Positions 1 through 8,619 of a stretch of DNA of 64,000 nucleotides are shown here, piece after piece. Where the stretch lies: positions 1,755 to 65,754 of the forward strand of contig JBOHRW010000199.1 in NCBI GenBank assembly GCA_050732935.1, written 5' to 3'. The stretch's first letter is position 1, and the number at the start of each line of letters is the position of its first letter. The notes beneath the pieces are model-generated. The model was given only the letters and a program-made list of their open reading frames with translations. It ran no database searches and was not told where the DNA came from. Both the position numbers and the translations under genes were made by a program. The DNA is from Gemmatimonadota bacterium. GTDB taxonomy: Bacteria > Gemmatimonadota > Gemmatimonadetes > JACCXV01 > JAHWKZ01.

Positions 1-606
1 CTGCCCCGTGCCGGGAACCGCCCCGGTCCCGGCTGCCGGGCCGGTCGCCCCGACCGCCCGTCGCGCCCGGCGGCGCCTCACGAACGTGACGACGGCGATC
101 GCAATCGCGAGTCCACCGGCGAGGAAGCCGATCCCGAGTGCACCGACGATCGTGAAGACGAGCTTGCGCCCGAATCCCTGCCCCACCGCCAACACGGTCT
201 CCGGGCCTGAGCCCCCCTCGTACGAGCCCGTGATGCGGTAGGCTCCGGGCTGGTCGATCTCGAAGCCCAGGACCGACCGCCCCGAACGGCCGCCCAGCGA
301 GTACGTCGTGTTGGCCCCCGCGGGCTCGAGAGGAACCGCCTCCCCGGTCTCCGCCGAGACGACCTCGACCGCGAGACCGGAAACATCCCCCGCCGCGTAG
401 TAGCGGCCGTCGACGACGCTTTCGGCCTCGTGGAAGATCGTATAGGCACCAGGCTCCTCCAGTTGAAGCTCGGCCGACCCGGGGACGACGACCTGCGGCA
501 TCTCGTCCTCGAGTCCCCTCAGCCGGAGGAACCCAAAAGCGGCGGCCAGGATGCCGCCCAGAACGAACACGCCCGCAGCGATCAGATACCACTTACGACC
601 AGGCAC
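1..606 (-). CDS. Partial membrane protein, GTG start at 606, C-terminus beyond the window start. Translation: MPGRKWYLIAAGVFVLGGILAAAFGFLRL...VGQGFGRKLVFTIVGALGIGFLAGGLAIAIAVVTFVRRRRARR.... N- and C-terminal transmembrane helices flank a soluble domain. Absent from the supplied ORF track because it has no in-window stop.
   Basis: Hand translation of minus-strand frame 0 gives 202 codons with no stop. GGAGG lies 9 nt upstream of the GTG. Hydrophobic helices at both ends. Sits directly downstream of the lipoprotein gene 664-2214 on the same strand. Confidence 0.5.
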   Translation of the reverse strand, partial: MPGRKWYLIAAGVFVLGGILAAAFGFLRLRGLEDEMPQVVVPGSAELQLEEPGAYTIFHEAESVVDGRYYAAGDVSGLAVEVVSAETGEAVPLEPAGANTTYSLGGRSGRSVLGFEIDQPGAYRITGSYEGGSGPETVLAVGQGFGRKLVFTIVGALGIGFLAGGLAIAIAVVTFVRRRRARRAVGATGPAAGTGAVPGTGQ

Positions 607-663
607 GATGTCCTCCGTGGGCTGGAGTTTGACCGGCAGGAGACTGCCACGACGCTGCCGCCG

Positions 664-2214
664 TCATCGCGGCTGCCCCCCACCGCCACTCGCCGCGTTC
701 CCGCCAGAGGTGAAGGATTGCAGCACGATCTCCTGCCGGCTCAGCATCCGCCCCCGCATCCCCAGCACGATGACCTCTCGGACTATGCCAATGCCGGGGA
801 TGAAATGGCGCTCGACGGTCGTCACGGCGGGACCGTCGTGCTGGACCATGACCACGTAGCCCGGCGCTTCGCCGGCCGGCCCCTCGACCGGGATCGGCCC
901 CCACATCCGGTACGTGAGCTGGAAGGAGCCGTCCGCCATCGCATACTCCCATTCGCGCGGCAGGTCGGACGGCATCGGAAAAAACGGCCGAGGCGGCTCC
1001 AGCGTCGTCAGCGTCCCCTCCTCCTTCGCCTGCGCCGAGACGATGCCCGCCTCGGTCGCGCGGAGCCATTCCTCGGATTGGAGATCCCCACCTCGTCGAA
1101 GCTCAAGGTGAGCGCCACGATCTTCGATGTCCGCAATCGAGAGGGTCACGGTCGTCCGGTAGACGCCATCGGCGCCCTGCAGGTCCGCCGGCAGATCGAG
1201 CCGCACCCCGGGGCCGGCCTCCTGGCTGAACGCGTACGTCCAGACCGTGCCCGGCGCGAGCGGCATGAGATCCGCGGGGTCCGTCACGGTCATCGATTCG
1301 AGCGGCGGGGCGACCCGGAAGTCGAGCGACTCCCACGGTGCGCCGTCGGCCATGACCTCCAGACGGTAGGCGCCCGGTGGGAAGGGCCTCGGCAGCGTGT
1401 AGTGGAGGGCGCCACGGTCCTCTCCCTGGAGCGCGATATCGACCGCGGCGACCTCGGTGCCCGGCGGTGCCTCGTCGCCCACGTCGACGGCGATCAGCTT
1501 GCCCGTGAGGCGTCCGTAACGCTCGCCTTCGGGGAACCGGAAGACGACGCTCAAGCGGTTCGTGGTCGGCAGGACATCCGTCGGATAGACGGGCGTGTAG
1601 TCCGCGGCCGCGGCGAGACCCAGCCGGAGAGTCGCGAACTCGCCGGCTGCCTCAGGGGTCGTTCCGGCGTCGGCCGGCATCGCGACCGACTCCGACGGGA
1701 CGACGGCTGAATCGGAAACGAAGACGACCTCGTCGGTCGCCATGCCGATCCCCGGGACGTTCGCGGCGTCCAACCCGACCTGGAACGGAATCGTCGCGAC
1801 GACCTCGCCGTCCTCCAGCAGCTCGACCTGATAACTCCCGCTCTGCAGCGCGCCCCCGGTCGCGCTCTTCAGGTACCAGGCCGCGCTCCCCGTCGGCTCG
1901 CTCACGTTCTCGCCCTGCTCGAGGACGACCTCACCGCCGGTCGACCACCGGTTGTCGATCCGGAGCCCCGACGCGGCGCCTTCCCAGCGGTACCAGACCG
2001 CCACCCGGTCCGTCCCCGCGGAAAACTCTGTCCCCGCTTGCGAGGGATCCCAGGTGTCGCTGTCATTCGTCCCGAGACTGACCGCCACGATCGCGGCATC
2101 TTCCGAGCGGGGGGCGTATTCCTCCATCGCCGCCTGATCGGAAGGCGACGTGCAGCCGGCCACCATCCCCGAAAGGGCGATCGAGCATAGACCAAGCGCC
2201 GTTCTACACGTCAT
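664..2214 (-). CDS. Hypothetical lipoprotein, 516 aa, signal peptide with lipobox LSGMVAGC
   Basis: N-terminus MTCRTALGLCSIALSGMVAGCTS. Long ORF, same strand and contiguous with the sigma/anti-sigma operon. Confidence 0.6.
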   Translation of the reverse strand: MTCRTALGLCSIALSGMVAGCTSPSDQAAMEEYAPRSEDAAIVAVSLGTNDSDTWDPSQAGTEFSAGTDRVAVWYRWEGAASGLRIDNRWSTGGEVVLEQGENVSEPTGSAAWYLKSATGGALQSGSYQVELLEDGEVVATIPFQVGLDAANVPGIGMATDEVVFVSDSAVVPSESVAMPADAGTTPEAAGEFATLRLGLAAAADYTPVYPTDVLPTTNRLSVVFRFPEGERYGRLTGKLIAVDVGDEAPPGTEVAAVDIALQGEDRGALHYTLPRPFPPGAYRLEVMADGAPWESLDFRVAPPLESMTVTDPADLMPLAPGTVWTYAFSQEAGPGVRLDLPADLQGADGVYRTTVTLSIADIEDRGAHLELRRGGDLQSEEWLRATEAGIVSAQAKEEGTLTTLEPPRPFFPMPSDLPREWEYAMADGSFQLTYRMWGPIPVEGPAGEAPGYVVMVQHDGPAVTTVERHFIPGIGIVREVIVLGMRGRMLSRQEIVLQSFTSGGNAASGGGGQPR

Positions 2215-2277
2215 GTCCAGATGTCCTCCTTCCGAGTTCTGTTTCGCGCCTTCAGTCAGCGCGGGAAAAGCCGATGT

Positions 2278-3045
2278 TCAACCCGCCTCTCGCTGGAGCC
2301 TCTCCAGCGCGCGCTCGGCCTCCGGGGTCAGCTCGACCTCCCGCTGCTCGCCGCCCATCTGGCGCGCGCTCCACTGGATGGAATAGTTCTCGCCGCGCTC
2401 CTCGTAGCGCGCCTCGTACGGGCCGCCGGGCCGCTTTTGGACCTCGGCTCCGGAATCGCCGAAGGGAGACCAGGGTGTCATCGGGATCTTCTGGACGATG
2501 ACGCCGGCGCCCGGCGAGCCGCTGAAGCCATACGAGTCACCGAAACCGGAGCTGGCGCTCATGCCGGCCGAAACACCGGGGTCGGCGCGCAGCGTGAACT
2601 CGATCTTGGGCGACGTGGAATCCAGGACGGCCGTCATGACGAGCTTCTGATCTTCGACATCGTAGAAGCCGACGATCGGGAACCGCCGGCGCGGGTCGGG
2701 ATCGGTGACCTTGCCGCCGACCTCGGGGTTGAAGGAGACGAACCCCGCCGAGACCTGGGGCAGGTTATCGACCCTGAGCTCGGCGTCGTAGATCACCTCG
2801 GCCTCGCCGACCGCCGACCCGTCGTCGCGGACGACGAACCAGAACTCCGCCTCCGAGTTGCGCGTCATCTGGCGGAAGTCGTCCTTCATCGGCGTGTCGC
2901 TGGCCGTCCCCTTGCCCTCCCAGTATCCGGTGACGGTGGGCTGGCTCTGGCAGGCCGCGGCGAGCCCGGAGAGGACAGCCAGGACGGTCGCGGCCAGCAG
3001 GACGCCGGGGCGAGGGGCTTCTCGAGGGGGCACGCCCTTAGACAA
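2278..3045 (-). CDS. Hypothetical lipoprotein, 255 aa, lipobox LAAAC
   Basis: VLLAATVLAVLSGLAAACQSQ signal/lipobox. Sits 19 nt downstream of the anti-sigma gene on the same strand. Confidence 0.6.
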   Translation of the reverse strand: MSKGVPPREAPRPGVLLAATVLAVLSGLAAACQSQPTVTGYWEGKGTASDTPMKDDFRQMTRNSEAEFWFVVRDDGSAVGEAEVIYDAELRVDNLPQVSAGFVSFNPEVGGKVTDPDPRRRFPIVGFYDVEDQKLVMTAVLDSTSPKIEFTLRADPGVSAGMSASSGFGDSYGFSGSPGAGVIVQKIPMTPWSPFGDSGAEVQKRPGGPYEARYEERGENYSIQWSARQMGGEQREVELTPEAERALERLQREAG

Positions 3046-3063
3046 CCGGGGGCCCGATCCGTT

Positions 3064-3852
3064 TCAGGAGGGACCTACGGGCCGCCACGGCTCAGGAAGG
3101 ATTCGATAGGCGATGGAATCGATCACGACGACGACGGTCGGACCCACCTCGGCAAAACGGGCGATTTCGGGGTGCGCCGAGAGGGCGGCCGCGTAGGCTT
3201 CCGAACCGCGCGGAAGATCGATCGGCTCGCGTCCCCGCGAGGCTCGATGGGCGTCGTCGACCCAGGCGCCGTCCCGGAGGCGGAACACCTTGCCGTCGAC
3301 GCGCCTGGTCGCGCCGCGAAGGGCGAAGAGCGAGGGATCGACGCCATTCTCCGGTGGGACCGCCTCGGGAGGGGCGACACGCGCGGCCTCCCGGCCGGGC
3401 TCCTCGGACGGCGGGGTCCGGCGATCCACGATCCCTTCCGCTTTGGCCGCGGCTTCGGAATCGGCCGCGAGCTCGCCGCCCGCGAAGGCTTCGGTTGCGG
3501 CCGGGGTCTCGATATCCCCGGTCGCCTCGTCCGGCGGCGCGGCTTCGCGTTCAGCGGTTGCCGGGGCACGATCCGATTCGAGGACACGGTAGAGCCCGAA
3601 CCCCAAAAGGAGCGCCGCCAGGACCGCGGCCAGAAGGAGAATCGCGGGGAGCTTGCGGGAAGACCGCGCGAAGGCGTCCATCGTGGATCCGGCGCGTACC
3701 TGCGCGGCCAGACGCGCGCGGCATTCCGCGCATTCGGCGAGATGCGACTCCACGCGCGACCGGCTGCCCTGATCGAGACCTCCGTCGATCCAGGCCGCGA
3801 GGTCGTTCGAATCGAGATGACTCATCTCAACCTTTGACAATCCCTCATCCAA
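3064..3852 (-). CDS. Anti-sigma factor, zinc-finger (ZAS-like HxxxCxxC), single transmembrane helix, Ala/Pro-rich periplasmic C-terminal domain
   Basis: Motif ESHLAECAECRARL. TM helix LPAILLLAAVLAALLLGFGLY. Overlaps the 3' end of the ECF sigma gene. Alternative start at M10, near 3825. Confidence 0.7.
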   Translation of the reverse strand: MDEGLSKVEMSHLDSNDLAAWIDGGLDQGSRSRVESHLAECAECRARLAAQVRAGSTMDAFARSSRKLPAILLLAAVLAALLLGFGLYRVLESDRAPATAEREAAPPDEATGDIETPAATEAFAGGELAADSEAAAKAEGIVDRRTPPSEEPGREAARVAPPEAVPPENGVDPSLFALRGATRRVDGKVFRLRDGAWVDDAHRASRGREPIDLPRGSEAYAAALSAHPEIARFAEVGPTVVVVIDSIAYRILPEPWRPVGPS

Positions 3853-4597
3853 GCCGTTCCGCCTCCAGGGGGCTCAGAAGGGCAGGAAGGTCGAGATCGA
3901 GCTGCGAGAGATCGAGCTCGGGTCGGATCTCGCTCCAGGAGGTGCCCTCCGCTCCCAGCCTGCGCTCGATCCCCTGCTGGAGCCCCCGGCGAATCCTTTC
4001 CAGCCTTCGGCTCATGGTCGCCTTCGACAGCCCGACGAGGCCTCCGATCTGTTCCAGCGTCAGCCCCTGCTCGTAATAGAGCAGCACGAGCAGGCGGTCC
4101 TGAGGGTCCAGGCTGTGCAGAGCCGATGCTACTGCCCCCGAGAGGATCTCTCGCGCCGCGGGGTCATGGCCGCCGGTCCCGGAGATCACGAACCGATCGA
4201 GAGCGCCCGTCGGGATCGCATCCTCGCGGACGGTTGCCGAGGATGCGGTTCGGTCGGACCCGTTCATCGACGCCCGTCGGCGCTCGCGGGCCGCCGCGTT
4301 GAGCGCCGCGTGGGTGACCACGGCTCCGAGCCAGGTCCGAAGCGTGCTCCGGCCCTCGAAGCGAGCGATGGTCCCCCGCTGCCAGAGATCGGCGATCACG
4401 CCGTCGGCGACGTCCGCCGCCGCCTCCTCGGAGAGATCGAAGCGCCTGGAGAAGGCGCGGATGTAGCCGAAGTGGCGCGCCTCGAACTCCTTCCAGGCCC
4501 CCTCGTCACCGCCGGCGCACGCCGTGGCGAGGATGAAGTCCTCGTGATGGAGCGGCGCTCGATCGGAGCTTCGCTCCCCCGTCGGCACCGACCTCAC
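3845..4597 (-). CDS. ECF-type RNA polymerase sigma factor (sigma-70 regions 2 and 4), long sigma2-sigma4 linker and about 45-aa C-terminal tail
   Basis: DFILATACAGGDEGAWKEFEARHFGYIRAFSRRF (region 2). LTLEQIGGLVGLSKATMSRRLERIRRGL (region 4 HTH). Probable GTG start at 4597, overlapping the CHAT gene stop as GTGA. The ORF-track N-terminal extension to 4771 is rejected. Confidence 0.8.
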   Translation of the reverse strand: MRSVPTGERSSDRAPLHHEDFILATACAGGDEGAWKEFEARHFGYIRAFSRRFDLSEEAAADVADGVIADLWQRGTIARFEGRSTLRTWLGAVVTHAALNAAARERRRASMNGSDRTASSATVREDAIPTGALDRFVISGTGGHDPAAREILSGAVASALHSLDPQDRLLVLLYYEQGLTLEQIGGLVGLSKATMSRRLERIRRGLQQGIERRLGAEGTSWSEIRPELDLSQLDLDLPALLSPLEAERLG

Positions 4598-7347
4598 CTT
4601 GCGCTGCCGATCAGCTCGAAGGCGGCCCAGAGGTACGGATGGGGATAGCGCTCGAGGAGCGTCCGCTGGGCCGCCCGCAGGGCGTGGGCGGCGCCCCGGG
4701 CCGACCCGGCCCGGTACACAGCGTAGAAGTGGTCCATCAGCTCGGCCGTCGCACGATCGCTCACGTCCCACTGACTGACGATCACGGCCGGCGTCCCGGC
4801 ATAGAGAAAGGCGCGCGAAAGGCCGAGCACGCCGTCTCCCGTCAGCTTCCCGAGCCCGGTCGAACAGCCGGAGAGGACGACGAGGTCGGCGTCGAGATCG
4901 AGCGCGAAGATCTCCGGCGTCCGAAGGTATCCGTCCTGTCCGTCACCGGGTGCCAGAAGAAGCGCGCTCGCGAGGGGCTCGCGGTCGGAGATGATGCCGT
5001 GTCCCGCGAAGTGAATGACGTCCTGGGCCGGCGCCAGCTTCCGCAGGGCGGCCTCCGTCGCCGCGGCACCCATCAGGACGACCCGTTTCTCGGCGGCGAA
5101 GCGCTCGGCGACCTTCCGTACCTCGTACGCCGCCCACGGCAGGCGATCGAGTCCGGTCTCGGCGGCCACCGCGGGATCGCCTACACCGAGCCAATCCCCC
5201 TGCGGTGGAGCGCTATCGCCCTCCGCTGTGAGCTCGGCCGCAGCTTCATCCGCGGTCATCCGGCCCTCCGCCAGCCAGCCCAGCACGCTGATCGACGGCG
5301 CGTGGGAGATGGTGTGCCGCTCGACGAGGTAGCTCCCGTCGGTATCGCGCAACGCCGCGAAAGGCAGCAGATAGAGCGCGTTGTGCGGAAGCACGTACAC
5401 GATGGCCTCGGGGTCATCGGGGAGCCACGGTTCGATGGGGGCGATCAGCCGGCCGTGGAGCGCGGCCAGCTGGTCGAGCGCCATCGTCTCCGGTCCGAGA
5501 CCCGCGGCCAGCCCCTTCTCCCATGCCGTCCGAACTCGTCCCACCGCGGCCCGGATCGAGTCACGGCCGACGGGCTCGACCCGTGCCTGCACCGACCCAT
5601 CCGGGGCCACGACCCAGATCGTCAGCCTATCCTCCGCGACGAGGTACTCGACCAGCGTCGCTTCCTGGGTGCGGGCCAGACCGAGGATCTCGGCTGCCGA
5701 GACCGATTGCGCCGACACGAGGCTCGCCAGCTCCTCGTCCTCCTCGACGAGCGCTCCCAGCTCCGCCTCGAGAGCTCCCGCGGCGCGTAGCGCAAGCAGG
5801 CTCTCGGGCCCCGTCCCGCCGGAGGAATCGGGCATGGTGATCGCGTCTCGGAGCTCCGCTTCGGCGGCGCGAACACGCGCCAGCCGGGTCGCGCCCTCCC
5901 CGGCGGACGGCGACACGCGCCCGGCCAGGAGGTCGACCAGCGCCCGGGCCCGGCCGCGCTCGGCGACGACCAGGGCGTCGAGAGGGCGGCCGAGCTCGAT
6001 CAGGAGGTCGACCATCTCGTGGAAGGGTCGCTGGCGCTCCTCGAGGAAGCCGATCTTCGCGGGGTCGCTCGCAAGCGCGGCGCGCAGCGTCTCGATCCGG
6101 CGGGTGGCGGACACCAGCGCCGCCAGGGCTTCCTCCTGGCGGCCGAGCGCGCGGAGGGCCCGGGCCCGCCGGTAACCGGCCTGCCCCGCCAAATCGGGGT
6201 GGTGGATCTCGCGCGCCGACGCCAGTGCGGTATCGGCCTGGGCGAGCGCCGCCTCCCCCTCACCCAGCGCCAGGAAGGCGTCGCTGAGGCCCAGCCGCGA
6301 GAGCCCGGCCTGGCCCCTCTGGCCGGCCCGCAGGTCGATCGCAAGCGCCTCCCGGTAGGTGTCCCGCGCCTGCGCCAGGTCGCCGCGCAGCCGATGGACG
6401 TCGGCGATCAGCTTGAGCGTCGTTCCGGCGCCCGTGTCGTCGCCATCCTCCTCCTGGATCGCGCGCGCTTGCTCCAGATACGTCAGGGCGCCATCCAAAT
6501 CGCCGGCTTTCTTGCGCAGGATTCCGAGATTCTCGAGATCCGCGCTCTCCCCCTGTCGGAGACCGATCGCTCGGGAGATCTCGAGCGCTCTCACGTTGGC
6601 CTCCCACGCCCGATCGTTCTGGCCCGTTCGATCGTAGAGGACCGCGAAGCGGTTCCAGATCAATCCGTCCAGGTGCGGATCGTCGAACCGCCTGGCGCGC
6701 TCGCGCGCCTCCTCGTACAGATCGTGAGCGGTCGCGTACTCACCGCGATACATGTGCGCCCGACCGATATTGGTCAGCACCCGGATATAGTCGGGGCTGT
6801 CCGCCGGGATGAGCGCCAGCGACCGCTCCAGCGCCTCGATGGCGCCCGCGTAGTCGCCCTGCCGGTAGAGGACGCTGCCCATGTTGTTCCATAAAACCCC
6901 TTCCGCGCGAGCGTCACCGAGCTCGCGAGCGAGGGCGAGGGCAGCGTCGTACGCCTCGAGCGCGATGGCATGGCGGCCGAGGTCATGGCGGCTGATCCCG
7001 AGCCCGCGCAGCGCGTCGAGCTCGTGTGTTCGGTCGCCGCTCCGGCGAGCCAGATCGCGGGCGCGTTCGAGGAGCACCAGGCTCTCGGCCACGCGGCCGG
7101 TCAGCCGATAGGTGGTCGCGAGCCCGATCAGGCCACGGTGCACGAGATCCGGCGACTCCGCGGTCTCGGCCGCGGAGAGGACCTTCGCGAAGACCTCGGC
7201 GGCCGCGGGGTAGGCGCGCTCCGCGTAGAGGCTGTCCGCCGTGGTCAACAGCGCGGCGGGGGACCTCTCCTGGGCCTCGGAGACAGCGGGACGAAACAGG
7301 AAAGCAACCGCGACGAGGATAAAGGCGGGACGCCCGAAACAACGCAT
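4594..7347 (-). CDS. Secreted TPR-repeat protein with C-terminal CHAT (caspase-like) protease domain, 917 aa
   Basis: Signal peptide MRCFGRPAFILVAVAFLFRPAVSEAQE. Multiple TPR-like repeats (LGISRHDLGRHAIALEAYDAALALAREL, WNNMGSVLYRQGDYAGAIEALERSL and others). CHAT His/Cys dyad context HFAGHG ... VVLSGCSTG near the C-terminus. Confidence 0.85.
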   Translation of the reverse strand: MRCFGRPAFILVAVAFLFRPAVSEAQERSPAALLTTADSLYAERAYPAAAEVFAKVLSAAETAESPDLVHRGLIGLATTYRLTGRVAESLVLLERARDLARRSGDRTHELDALRGLGISRHDLGRHAIALEAYDAALALARELGDARAEGVLWNNMGSVLYRQGDYAGAIEALERSLALIPADSPDYIRVLTNIGRAHMYRGEYATAHDLYEEARERARRFDDPHLDGLIWNRFAVLYDRTGQNDRAWEANVRALEISRAIGLRQGESADLENLGILRKKAGDLDGALTYLEQARAIQEEDGDDTGAGTTLKLIADVHRLRGDLAQARDTYREALAIDLRAGQRGQAGLSRLGLSDAFLALGEGEAALAQADTALASAREIHHPDLAGQAGYRRARALRALGRQEEALAALVSATRRIETLRAALASDPAKIGFLEERQRPFHEMVDLLIELGRPLDALVVAERGRARALVDLLAGRVSPSAGEGATRLARVRAAEAELRDAITMPDSSGGTGPESLLALRAAGALEAELGALVEEDEELASLVSAQSVSAAEILGLARTQEATLVEYLVAEDRLTIWVVAPDGSVQARVEPVGRDSIRAAVGRVRTAWEKGLAAGLGPETMALDQLAALHGRLIAPIEPWLPDDPEAIVYVLPHNALYLLPFAALRDTDGSYLVERHTISHAPSISVLGWLAEGRMTADEAAAELTAEGDSAPPQGDWLGVGDPAVAAETGLDRLPWAAYEVRKVAERFAAEKRVVLMGAAATEAALRKLAPAQDVIHFAGHGIISDREPLASALLLAPGDGQDGYLRTPEIFALDLDADLVVLSGCSTGLGKLTGDGVLGLSRAFLYAGTPAVIVSQWDVSDRATAELMDHFYAVYRAGSARGAAHALRAAQRTLLERYPHPYLWAAFELIGSAR

Positions 7348-7420
7348 TCCTGTAGTGAACCTCCTGAGCAGACCCCTTGAGTAGGGTAGGCCCTCCGGAA
7401 GGAAGCTGTCAAGAACGGAT

Positions 7421-8575
7421 TCAATGCGCTCGCAACATCAGGCACTTGAGGTACTCCGTCTCCGGAACGGACAGCAGAATCGGGTGGTCCGGCGCCTGCG
7501 TCCGAACCTCCAGCACCTCGACGGTCCGGTGAGCGTCGGCGGCGGCCTCGGCCACGATCGCGCGGAACGCCTCGCGGTCGACGTGGTAGGAGCAGGAACA
7601 GGTGATGAGGACGCCGCCCGGCTCCAGACACTTCAGGGCCCGCAGGTTGATTTCCTTGTAGCCGCGCCGGGCCGCCGCAACCGATTTGCGGTTTTTGGCG
7701 AACGCGGGCGGATCGAGAACAATCGCCCCGAACCGGGCCTCCTCCCCCGCCAGCCCGTGAAGCCGGTCGAAAGCGTTGGCCACCGTCCATTCCACGTTCC
7801 CGATGCTGTTGGCGGCCGCGTTCTCTCGACCCCGCCCAGCGGCGGCTTTGGAGATCTCGACCGCCTCGACGCGTCCGACGACCGGCGCCAGGTGAAGCGA
7901 GAAGCCGCCCTCGCCGGCGAAGGCGTCCAGGGCCCCCTCCGCGCCCGCCGCGTAGCGGGCCGCGGCAGGGTAGTTCGCCTGCTGGTCCAGGTACGCCCCC
8001 GTCTTCTGCCCGCCCATCACGTCGATCATGAAGCTGCGCTCGCCGATCGTGACCGGGAACGGCTCGGGCGGCTCCCCGTGCCAGACCACAACCTCCGGCT
8101 CGAGGCCTTCCAGCCGGCGCACTTTGAGGTCGTTCCGGGCCACGATCGCGCGTGGCTCGAGCCGCTCGACCAGCAGGCGCGTCCACGACTCGGCCATGAG
8201 CTCCGCAGCCGGCGTCAGGGTCTGGACGACCAGACAGTCGCCATACTGGTCTACGACGAGCCCGGGCCATCCGTCGGCCTCACCGAATACGAGGCGCCGC
8301 GCCGGACCGATCATCCCCGATCTCTCGCGGCGAGCGATCGCGGCCTCGAGGCGAGCGGCCCAGAACGCCTCGTCCACCTCCTCGTCCTCCCAGCGCACGA
8401 ACCGCAGCGCGATCTGGGATCGCGCCGACCAGCTGGCCCGGCCGAGGACGCGGTTCCGGTTGTCGATCACCCGCACGATCGCCCCGTTCGGCAGATCGAT
8501 GGGGACGTCGACGACGTCGCTCCGGTAGATCCATGGATGACGGGATAGAGCCCGATGCGCCCCCCTGGGGGTCAC
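7421..8575 (-). CDS. rlmI: 23S rRNA (cytosine-C5) methyltransferase, RlmI/YccW-like (PUA domain plus class I SAM methyltransferase)
   Basis: IVLDPPAFAKNRKS and LITCSCSYHV motifs. N-terminal PUA-like region. GTG start at 8575 chosen from family length. The upstream part of the 522-aa ORF is rejected. Confidence 0.75.
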   Translation of the reverse strand: MTPRGAHRALSRHPWIYRSDVVDVPIDLPNGAIVRVIDNRNRVLGRASWSARSQIALRFVRWEDEEVDEAFWAARLEAAIARRERSGMIGPARRLVFGEADGWPGLVVDQYGDCLVVQTLTPAAELMAESWTRLLVERLEPRAIVARNDLKVRRLEGLEPEVVVWHGEPPEPFPVTIGERSFMIDVMGGQKTGAYLDQQANYPAAARYAAGAEGALDAFAGEGGFSLHLAPVVGRVEAVEISKAAAGRGRENAAANSIGNVEWTVANAFDRLHGLAGEEARFGAIVLDPPAFAKNRKSVAAARRGYKEINLRALKCLEPGGVLITCSCSYHVDREAFRAIVAEAAADAHRTVEVLEVRTQAPDHPILLSVPETEYLKCLMLRAH

Positions 8576-8619
8576 GGAGACCGTCGAGCCGCTGTCGGAA
8601 GGGAGGGGGTCCGGCGCCG

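Noticed and set aside
2221-3837. 538-aa plus-strand ORF
   Set aside because: Antisense shadow spanning two well-supported minus-strand genes (lipoprotein and anti-sigma). Arg/Gly/Pro-rich low-complexity translation typical of wrong-frame high-GC DNA.
4639-8548. Several 250-390-aa ORFs on both strands (4639-5790, 6019-6894, 7245-8270, 7424-8548)
   Set aside because: Shadows of the TPR-CHAT and RlmI genes. No domains. Biased composition.
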